A stretch of DNA of 64,000 bases from a virus. The stretch is from positions 23,843-87,842 of the IMG/VR virus record IMGVR_UViG_3300013127_000002; one strand, written 5' to 3'. The position numbers and the translations under genes were made by a program. Below, in pieces: positions 9,045 through 16,126 of this stretch (its first letter is position 1; every line of letters starts with the position of its first letter). The notes beneath the pieces are model-generated. The model was not told the origin of the DNA, made no database searches, and was given only the letters and a program-made list of their open reading frames with translations.

Positions 9045-9238
9045 GCTACCGGTGCAAGAAGTGCAACGCGATCGTTCCCTAGAACGCGGCGATGCTGCGT
9101 ATCACCAAGTACAGGACCGTGAAGACCGCGGAGTCCGAGAGGCTGTGGCGGGAGATCGAGTCCGAGATGTCCGTCTGCGCCGAGTGCTTCAAGACGCACA
9201 CGACGCAGGACCTTGCCGAGAAGTTCAAGAACGGTTAA
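9041..9238 (+). pseudogene. small CxxC...CxxC zinc-ribbon gene with in-frame TAG at 9080-9082 (pseudogene or readthrough)
   Basis: MSYRCKKCNAIVP*NAAMLRITKYRTVKTAESERLWREIESEMSVCAECFKTH...; ATGA-coupled to the previous gene. Confidence 0.6.
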
Positions 9239-9275
9239 CCTGGAGTCAACGGGTGTCCAACCCGTCTCCATAATC

Positions 9276-9414
9276 GGCACTGCGCCCCGGGGAGGGTTAA
9301 ATCCCCGCGAGGTTGCCGGAGGGGTCGAGCGGTAAGTGAGCGTGCACGCGTTCCGGACACGAAGTCGCGCAACGATCCGATGAACCCCTTCCGCACTTCG
9401 CGACGAGCGGTGCC
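9276..9414 (+). ncRNA. candidate structured ncRNA / cis-regulatory RNA
   Basis: Closing stem GGCACTGC/GCGGTGCC; hairpin CGGGGA...TCCCCG; long stem 9306-9325 with 9384-9402; in the largest intergenic gap. Confidence 0.5.
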
Positions 9415-9434
9415 CCCTACACTCAGGAGGCGAG

Positions 9435-9761
9435 ATGTCAGGAGCAGAAAGAAAGATGGCGCGGGCGAAACAAAAGAAGGGCGGGGTGAAGATCGAGATC
9501 GATTACACGCAGCTCGGCGAGATGCTCATGCCGCGGATGCTTGAAATCCTCAAGCAGACCCTCCCGCAGAAGGAGACGTACGAGAAGGCCATCGCCGAGC
9601 TGAATTCCGCGAACGTTGATCTCCAACAGAAGAACAAGGTACTTCTCGACCAGCTCGAAAAGTACAACAAGGAGATCGACGGGTCCTTCCAGGACCACGA
9701 AAACCGGCTCCAAGCTCTGGAGGGTAAACGAGAGCAGGTCACACCCGAGACCACACCGTAA
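9435..9761 (+). CDS. coiled-coil hypothetical protein
   Basis: RBS AGGAGG, 108 aa. Confidence 0.7.
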   Translation: MSGAERKMARAKQKKGGVKIEIDYTQLGEMLMPRMLEILKQTLPQKETYEKAIAELNSANVDLQQKNKVLLDQLEKYNKEIDGSFQDHENRLQALEGKREQVTPETTP

Positions 9762-9839
9762 TACCTGAGATTCCACGAGAGACAAAAGAGAGAAAAAACC
9801 AGCAGCGCGGTATGGCACCGTGCGGGAAGGGAAATCGCT

Positions 9840-10457
9840 ATGGCAAGATTCTTCACGAACACAGCCCCCGGGATCATCGTTCAGACGGACCCCTACACCT
9901 TCGTTCCCGTGGGCAATGAGCTGGGGCGACACGTGCGTGTTGCGTGCGGCAAAAAGACGCCGCCGGACCTGGTTCGCAAGAAGGTGGAGGGGATGCAGTT
10001 CGAGCGGGCGTTCATCGAGCGCGGGAGCTACATGCGCCTGAAGCCCAAGCTGATCGAGGAGGGGGTCGGAGGAGAGGAGCAGCCGGTGCGGCAGGAGCAG
10101 AAGGACCGCGTTCTCCTGGTCAACGAGCGGGAGAACGACACCATGAACGCGATCGTTCTGGTGCAGCTGCCCAGCGGCTACAAGGGCGACAGCGTCATCA
10201 GCGTTCACGACAAGGCGCAGATCATCGCGGACTGTTTCGTCGGACACGGCGTGAGAGGCTCCCTCGGGGTGAGCCACCACGTCCTCGCCTACATGGCACC
10301 CGGCGGGGAGTTGCGCGGCCAGGTCACGGGCCACCGGGTCAAGAACCCGTGCAACCGTTGGGTCTTCGACGGTGAAGAGATCGTCTGCATCGAAGGTGGC
10401 GAGGACGTGTTCTACAACGCGTCCGAACACACCGCCCGCCTCGACACCCTCCCCTAG
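9840..10457 (+). CDS. hypothetical protein
   Basis: 205 aa with phage-like codon usage. Confidence 0.65.
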   Translation: MARFFTNTAPGIIVQTDPYTFVPVGNELGRHVRVACGKKTPPDLVRKKVEGMQFERAFIERGSYMRLKPKLIEEGVGGEEQPVRQEQKDRVLLVNERENDTMNAIVLVQLPSGYKGDSVISVHDKAQIIADCFVGHGVRGSLGVSHHVLAYMAPGGELRGQVTGHRVKNPCNRWVFDGEEIVCIEGGEDVFYNASEHTARLDTLP

Positions 10458-10750
10458 TTCGGGGGCATCAACTCTTCGAAGTCCATTTGACGAGGAGGCT
10501 TCCCATCGGGGGAGCTTTCTTTTGCCTCGCCGTCGATGATGATCCCCCGGGCAGTGAGCTTGACGCGCTGGAGGCGGTGAGTCTCACCGTCGGTCATTTC
10601 GATGAAGCCTTGCACGTCCGGGTGTGCAGCATCGATCTCGATGTTCATTCTCCGTACGTGCCCGAGGAGCTTGCCGCCCGGGCTAAAAAGAAGGGCGTCA
10701 CTGATTAGGCCCGTCGGACTCTGGATCCGGTACGTCCCGTTTTTCAACAT
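10454..10750 (-). CDS. hypothetical protein
   Basis: 98 aa, last gene of the - strand operon. Confidence 0.55.
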   Translation of the reverse strand: MLKNGTYRIQSPTGLISDALLFSPGGKLLGHVRRMNIEIDAAHPDVQGFIEMTDGETHRLQRVKLTARGIIIDGEAKESSPDGKPPRQMDFEELMPPN

Positions 10751-11030
10751 TGGCGTTTCCTTTGTTGTAGTTGAGTGCCGCCATGCGGACGAACTTGTCG
10801 ACGTCTGCCTGTCTGCTGTTGAAGGAAACAGCGACGAATCCCATGACGAAGACGATGCCGACCATGAAGGCCGAGAGAGACCAGCCGATCTCGTCTTGCT
10901 TGACGAGTGCTACGATTGCCATTGCGGCGAGCATCGCGTCCACCACGAAGAACGCGATGAACTTCTTGCTGGCATACCATGCTTTCTCGAACACCTCACG
11001 AGTCAGCTCTCTTTTTTCCATCTTCGTCAT
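10698..11030 (-). CDS. small two-TM membrane protein (holin-like candidate)
   Basis: Two hydrophobic helices, charged termini. Confidence 0.5.
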   Translation of the reverse strand: MTKMEKRELTREVFEKAWYASKKFIAFFVVDAMLAAMAIVALVKQDEIGWSLSAFMVGIVFVMGFVAVSFNSRQADVDKFVRMAALNYNKGNANVEKRDVPDPESDGPNQ

Positions 11031-11046
11031 GGGTCGTCTCCTTGTT

Positions 11047-11286
11047 TCAGTGGGATTCCACCGTTTGTGGAAGCACGTGTTCCTTGATGGTGACAGTATA
11101 CGTCCGCGGCTTCGCCCTCACCACCATTCCGAGTTCCTGGTCCCACTCCAGCCCGCGGTCGATGCTGTAGATGACATCGAAGATGTCAGGCTCCTTCTCC
11201 ATCGACTGGCGGAGCCTGCCCAGTGTCTCGATCAGGTTGTCCATCACCTTGAGCATCGAGTCCTTCATTTCCACCGTCAGCTCCAT
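11047..11286 (-). CDS. hypothetical protein
   Basis: RBS AGGAG, 79 aa. Confidence 0.6.
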   Translation of the reverse strand: MELTVEMKDSMLKVMDNLIETLGRLRQSMEKEPDIFDVIYSIDRGLEWDQELGMVVRAKPRTYTVTIKEHVLPQTVESH

Positions 11287-12049
11287 TGTTCTTCTCCTGT
11301 TCCGGCGTCTCGATCACGACGTTCTCCCCGCGGTTCTTGGCTTCCATCCCCAGAAGGATACCCGCGAGTTTCTGCCGGGCGCTGCGGAGCATCTTCATGC
11401 TCTGGCAGCTATCACACTTCAGGTCGACCTGTTGGACGTTTCGCTTCTCCCCGTCGATGCGGTAGAAGCGTTCCTGGATGTTCAGGCCGAACAGCTTCAC
11501 GGACTTCTCCCAGCGCTCCTGGGACAGCTTGTTGTACTCGTCCGCCTTTGCCTTGAGTGTCTTCTCCAGGGTCTCACACTCCTGGAAGAGGGTCTCGATC
11601 TTCTCCGAGAGTTCCTTCAGCTCGGGCTCCTCGTTGAAGAGGCCGGCGGTGCGGGTAGCGACGTGCTTCTCGCACTCGTGGTCGGAGCGGAAGACCAGGG
11701 TGATTGCTTCCGACATCGCGGCGTAGAGTTCGTCTTCATGCCCCGGAGGCACGGGGATCTCCTGCGACTTCTGCAACATCGTGTTCAGCTGCGAGGCTTC
11801 TCGCGGCATCTGACAGCCGGAGTGGGCTTTCAGGACCTGCATGGCTCCTTTGCCGTCGGGTAGCGGGTTGAACCGCTCCTTGCTCGCGGTCTGTTGCTGG
11901 GCCATGCCTGGGGGCATTCCAGGCATTCCGGGCATCCCGCCCATAGCGCCTGGGGGCATGCGGCCGGCCAGCTGCTTCACCATCTCGGGGCTCATTCCGG
12001 GAGGGAGTCCTCCCATGCCTGGAGGCATCGGTCCTCTACGTCCGCTCAT
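11186..12049 (-). CDS. hypothetical protein with Pro/Gly/Met low-complexity N-terminus, coiled coil and CxxC
   Basis: MSGRRGPMPPGMGG...; CDSC. Confidence 0.65.
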   Translation of the reverse strand: MSGRRGPMPPGMGGLPPGMSPEMVKQLAGRMPPGAMGGMPGMPGMPPGMAQQQTASKERFNPLPDGKGAMQVLKAHSGCQMPREASQLNTMLQKSQEIPVPPGHEDELYAAMSEAITLVFRSDHECEKHVATRTAGLFNEEPELKELSEKIETLFQECETLEKTLKAKADEYNKLSQERWEKSVKLFGLNIQERFYRIDGEKRNVQQVDLKCDSCQSMKMLRSARQKLAGILLGMEAKNRGENVVIETPEQEKNNGADGGNEGLDAQGDGQPDRDTGQAPPVDGEGA

Positions 12050-12482
12050 CCTCTTGCTCCTTTTCTTTTTCCTCTTGCGGGGGGAGATCCACACAGATCT
12101 CGTTATGGATGCTATAGCTTCCGGTCGTTAACGTCAATACCGGCTCCTGGATAACGGTGCCTTTTCGTTCGAAACGGATAGCAGGCTCATCCAGGTCCTT
12201 CGGAGTCCACCCTTGATCCTCCATGAAGACGTAAGACAGGATCCTTCTGTCGAGTATCGAAACCTCGATAGGACTATTCTTGGTGATCTCGTGTGTGCAG
12301 ATGACTCCGCGTAGAATGTACTTTCTCTCCGAGGTCGATACACGGTTCATGGCTTGGGCTTCGCCTACCGCGGAGTCCCAGGTCAAAACGATTTGCGTGA
12401 TGATCGACGGGTCTTCAGACGGGTCGGTTTCTACTACTTGGCCTACTCGGGGGTTATCCGGGAACTGTGGCATCGTATCCAC
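12036..12482 (-). CDS. hypothetical protein
   Basis: 148 aa, GAGGA RBS. Confidence 0.55.
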   Translation of the reverse strand: MDTMPQFPDNPRVGQVVETDPSEDPSIITQIVLTWDSAVGEAQAMNRVSTSERKYILRGVICTHEITKNSPIEVSILDRRILSYVFMEDQGWTPKDLDEPAIRFERKGTVIQEPVLTLTTGSYSIHNEICVDLPPQEEKEKEQEDERT

Positions 12483-13015
12483 TCCTCTACGTTGACAGTG
12501 ATTTCCTTGAACATCTCTTCCTGCCGACCCTCCAGGTTGATGAATGCCGTGCGGAACAGGTCGAACGGGATCTTCTCTACGGAGGTCTCGCTGGCGTGTT
12601 GCATCATTGAGGTGCCCTTGTTCGGGTTGTCAGGACGTTGGATAAGGATGAGGTCCCCGCCGAACTTGTTGACTATCGCTTCAGCCTCGTTTGGAAAGCG
12701 CACATCCGTAATGACGATTTTTTCGAACGGGTGATTAAGGAGTTCTCTCCCGAGGTGGGTTACCCAGATATCCGGGTCATAGGCACGCCCGACTTCTGTG
12801 CCCAACTGTTGTAATAGCGTTCTGACCTTTTCTGGTTTGGCTGAGACGCGAAGAACCTCCCACGGCACTCCGAAGTAGTCGTGCGCGATCTCCTTGATCG
12901 GGTCGGCCAACGCCATCCGGATGAACCCGTGTTTGTTTACCAGGTAATCCGCGACCATGTCCTTGCCTGCCCCGGCATGGCCGCAGATTCCCAGAACGTA
13001 GTTGATACTACACAT
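12443..13015 (-). CDS. deoxynucleoside monophosphate kinase
   Basis: P-loop GICGHAGAGKD, LADPIK, RTLLQQLGTEVGR, ITDVRFPNEA, HASE; start chosen at ATG 13015. Confidence 0.88.
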   Translation of the reverse strand: MCSINYVLGICGHAGAGKDMVADYLVNKHGFIRMALADPIKEIAHDYFGVPWEVLRVSAKPEKVRTLLQQLGTEVGRAYDPDIWVTHLGRELLNHPFEKIVITDVRFPNEAEAIVNKFGGDLILIQRPDNPNKGTSMMQHASETSVEKIPFDLFRTAFINLEGRQEEMFKEITVNVEEWIRCHSSRITPE

Positions 13016-13322
13016 CTTCCTCATCTTCGGGCTCTGGTGGCGGAGCTGGAGGCTCCGGAAGGTCAACCGTGTTTTCGGTTTCCACGACGTCCACTCTCTC
13101 GGCAGCAGCGATTCCGTCATCGAGTCCGATGAGCAGGAAGCGTTTGCCCTGGTTCCTCAGAAGGAACACGGGCAGGACGTTCTTCTTCTCGTCGAGGACG
13201 ACGTCTTCCAGGTAGACTATCTTCTGGAAGACGGACGGGATGGAATCCTTCCACGTCCCATCGACGATGAGGATGCTCCCGGAGTCAGTCTCTACATGTC
13301 CTATCAGTTTCTGGTCTCCCAT
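13008..13322 (-). CDS. hypothetical protein
   Basis: 104 aa, RBS AAGGAG. Confidence 0.6.
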   Translation of the reverse strand: MGDQKLIGHVETDSGSILIVDGTWKDSIPSVFQKIVYLEDVVLDEKKNVLPVFLLRNQGKRFLLIGLDDGIAAAERVDVVETENTVDLPEPPAPPPEPEDEEDV

Positions 13323-13333
13323 GTTCGCTCCTT

Positions 13334-14542
13334 CTATCTGGTACGTTCTACCCGGTAGCGAGGTTTCTTTCTAGACGTATCGATTATGACGTGGCCTCGC
13401 TCGATCTCGTCCTTCCGAGCACCTAGCCAGCGTGCTACGGATGTGATTTTCGAGTCGTACACGAGTGCCCTGTCTGTGCGTGGGTTCCATCCAGGCCACA
13501 ACATCCAGGGACGCGGGTGTGGTTCCTTTATCTTGTAGCGGTACGAGTACTGGATGGCCCGGCGGGTCATCTCTTGGATACCCATGTGGATCCCGGGAAC
13601 CATTGAGGTCTGTTTGTTGAACCGGTCACGGCTGAGTTTCTTGATCGAGGTTCTCAGCTGCCACGGTCCGATGTCGCTCTTCCCGCAGATCTTCACCTTC
13701 TTACCGTTGGGCATCGTTGTCGTGGCGCTGGGGTAGTATGAGTCCTGCAAGATGGCCCACACGGTTTCCCGGTCGTAGGAAAGCTGGAACTTTTCCACGA
13801 GCTTCTTCGACACCTTGCGTCTGGTAGTTTTGCCGTGCCAGGTTTCCGAAACGAGACGTCTCTCTTCAGATTCCGACGCCCACTTGCGAGTGGGGTAATC
13901 GAGAGCACACGGATCGAAGCCTCCTTCGTTTGCGTGAGACGCGAATACCCCCCAGAGAGGCATGGTGACTCCAGTACGTTTCTCGACGTCTTCCATCGAC
14001 GATAAGAACAGCGCCGCCCACTCCCCGGCTTGCTGGACGACGTCTTCTGTGGGGACTGCTTTTCCGCACTTCTGCCAAAAGACCGCGCGGGGTTTGTTTT
14101 TGCCGGCGGGCACAGTACGCGAGCGTAGAATTGCGACGGAAAGACGGTAGAGCAACGTGGCTTCAGGGCCGGGATTAGCCCAAAGGTTATCCAGATCAAT
14201 GTTTCCGACAATCTCGTTTTCGATACGTGTTTTCCATTCATCTGACAGGTCAGGGGCAGGTTCTTCCTCCTCTGCTTGAATGGACTCTTCGGCGAAGTTC
14301 TCTGACTCTATCCTGAGGATTTCTTCGATATCAGGGATAAGCTCCCCTGCCATCTGTATGTCGTCTTGCGCTTCTCGGTTGAACGAGCTCCCGGATGGGT
14401 TGTCGGGGGCTTCTAGTTCGTCGGTCAGTGCTACTGCGGCTCCCATTAACATGGCCGCGATGGTACAGGCGATTAACGATACGGGCACTCTCATGTTACC
14501 TCCTCCCTCGGACCCCTGCGGGCCGGGATTGGTGTAAAGCAC
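13334..14542 (-). CDS. secreted protein with divergent lysozyme/transglycosylase-like motifs
   Basis: Signal peptide (MRVPVSLIACTIAAMLMGAAVA, probable start after GGAGG); ANEGGFDPCA and SDIGPWQL resemble the SLT ES and GLMQ motifs. Confidence 0.5.
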   Translation of the reverse strand: MLYTNPGPQGSEGGGNMRVPVSLIACTIAAMLMGAAVALTDELEAPDNPSGSSFNREAQDDIQMAGELIPDIEEILRIESENFAEESIQAEEEEPAPDLSDEWKTRIENEIVGNIDLDNLWANPGPEATLLYRLSVAILRSRTVPAGKNKPRAVFWQKCGKAVPTEDVVQQAGEWAALFLSSMEDVEKRTGVTMPLWGVFASHANEGGFDPCALDYPTRKWASESEERRLVSETWHGKTTRRKVSKKLVEKFQLSYDRETVWAILQDSYYPSATTTMPNGKKVKICGKSDIGPWQLRTSIKKLSRDRFNKQTSMVPGIHMGIQEMTRRAIQYSYRYKIKEPHPRPWMLWPGWNPRTDRALVYDSKITSVARWLGARKDEIERGHVIIDTSRKKPRYRVERTR

Positions 14543-14616
14543 ACTTTTTGTGCAGACGAACTCCTTTCGTTTGATGTGTGTGTAGGCCGATTATAGCGGA
14601 AAGAGCGGAGAGGGTG

Positions 14617-14964
14617 CTAGGCTTTCTTGACGTTTTCCTGGAACCAGGACCAGACGTCCTTGCAGATGTTATCGAACTTCACGAGTCCGTCGGGATAGAA
14701 GTGCCGATTGTTGCAGTTTTCCAGGTAGACCGCTGCCACGATCTCCTCCTGGGTCAGACCATGGTCCTGGCCGTACAGTCGGATGTAATCGTTGAGGGAC
14801 TGAGTACAAGCCCCTACCCTCTTGAAGAAGTCTGCTTCTTGGGCTTGTGCCATCGCTTGTGACGCCTTGTTGGGGTCCTGTTTGCTGCCAGGAACGCGTG
14901 TTGCTTCGATTTTCTTCCATCCACCGTTGCCGTCGGGGACAGACACCATTTCGTTTTCGGACAT
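14617..14964 (-). CDS. hypothetical protein
   Basis: MSENEMV..., coupled to the upstream gene. Confidence 0.6.
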   Translation of the reverse strand: MSENEMVSVPDGNGGWKKIEATRVPGSKQDPNKASQAMAQAQEADFFKRVGACTQSLNDYIRLYGQDHGLTQEEIVAAVYLENCNNRHFYPDGLVKFDNICKDVWSWFQENVKKA

Positions 14965-15224
14965 CACTCTTCCACTCCTCTCTTCTCCCACCACGGGCAC
15001 GTGGTGATGATGTCGTTCTCGTGCACCATGAAGATCTTGGCTTGCATGGTCGGGAGTTCTTCTACGATCGCCCCGGGAGGAAAGACGTGGTCCCCTACCT
15101 TGTTTTTCGGGTAGACCGACCGCTTCAGGCAGGGACCGCTGTGCAGCTTTTTCGGGGGAGCGTTCTTCTGCACTTTTCTCAGGGCCCAGTAATACTTGCA
15201 GGTACCGCAGGATTTCGTCGCCAT
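14964..15224 (-). CDS. small Cys-containing protein
   Basis: MATKSCGTCKYY...C...CPWW. Confidence 0.55.
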   Translation of the reverse strand: MATKSCGTCKYYWALRKVQKNAPPKKLHSGPCLKRSVYPKNKVGDHVFPPGAIVEELPTMQAKIFMVHENDIITTCPWWEKRGVEE

Positions 15225-15229
15225 GTTGT

Positions 15230-15694
15230 TTATCCTCTCACGTGGAGTTTTGCTTTGTGCTTTGCCAGAAGACTGGTGACCGGGAGACTGTGCAGGGCGT
15301 GTGCGATTCGCCTGAACGCCGTGGCCTCGGTTTGCATGACCCCGGTCGAGACCACAATCACCGCAGTCTTGGAGCGCAGAACCATCTCCCCGGGTTCCGC
15401 GATGTAGGCAATTGTTGGGCGCAGTACTTTTATACCACATTCTCGCAGTTCTGCGCGAAAGCGCTCGTTTACTTCGTAAAGAAGTTTGGACAGGCGCTCG
15501 GAAACTTCTCCGATTTCGTCGTCATCTGCGTCATCGAGATCACCGAAACTCACGCCGAAGGAGTCTCCATCCAGCCGTACACGGAGTTCGCTCGGTGGCA
15601 TTTCGGGGTCGGCGTCTTTCTTGAGGAATTTCGGGTCTTCCTTTCCCGGTTCAGGTTCTCGGTACGGGTTGAAGATCCCTGCGGGGTTGTTCAT
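15230..15694 (-). CDS. hypothetical protein
   Basis: 154 aa, RBS GGAGTAGG. Confidence 0.6.
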   Translation of the reverse strand: MNNPAGIFNPYREPEPGKEDPKFLKKDADPEMPPSELRVRLDGDSFGVSFGDLDDADDDEIGEVSERLSKLLYEVNERFRAELRECGIKVLRPTIAYIAEPGEMVLRSKTAVIVVSTGVMQTEATAFRRIAHALHSLPVTSLLAKHKAKLHVRG

Positions 15695-15906
15695 GATAGT
15701 CCTACTCCTTTCGAGAGATCAGGATCGCGGCAGTCTATGTGGACAAGTTCAAACTCTTCGAGGAAGAAAGCTCCGAGCGATGCTAGATTCAGAGGGTGAA
15801 CGCCCACATGGTCGATGATGAACGCTTGCGTTACACGATCGCCGGGTTCGAACCGCTTTCGGCATCGACCGCAGGTGGTTGAGTCTACTGTTGGGTGGTG
15901 TGCCAT
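15691..15906 (-). CDS. small zinc-binding protein
   Basis: CGRC...HIDC. Confidence 0.6.
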   Translation of the reverse strand: MAHHPTVDSTTCGRCRKRFEPGDRVTQAFIIDHVGVHPLNLASLGAFFLEEFELVHIDCRDPDLSKGVGLS

Positions 15907-15911
15907 GTTCG

Positions 15912-15950
15912 AAAAAAAAGAGCGACTCCGCCGTTAAGCGGAGTCTGCTC
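15912..15950 (-). terminator. rho-independent terminator
   Basis: Stem GAGC(A)GACTCCGC/GCGGAGTCGCTC followed by 8 T on the - strand. Confidence 0.8.
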
Positions 15951-15955
15951 GGTTC

Positions 15956-16105
15956 TTACTTCTTGCCCAGATCGGCGAGAAGCTTCTTGGTGATGCGAAC
16001 CTTCGTGCCGCAGGACTTGCATACCCCGATCTCTCCGGGCATGGCCACGACCTTGGTGTCGCACTTGGGGCAGGGCACTACTTTCGAACCGGGTTGCCTG
16101 GGCAT
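15956..16105 (-). CDS. 49-aa zinc-ribbon protein (not in ORF track)
   Basis: MPRQPGSKVVPCPKCDTKVVAMPGEIGVCKSCGTKVRITKKLLADLGKK; RBS AAGGAG; followed by the terminator. Confidence 0.7.
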   Translation of the reverse strand: MPRQPGSKVVPCPKCDTKVVAMPGEIGVCKSCGTKVRITKKLLADLGKK

Positions 16106-16126
16106 CGTCTTTCTCCTTTTTGCTGG

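Noticed and set aside
9276-9320. tRNA gene (GGGTTAAATCCC resembles a T-arm)
   Set aside because: No cloverleaf with acceptor, D and anticodon arms at tRNA spacing
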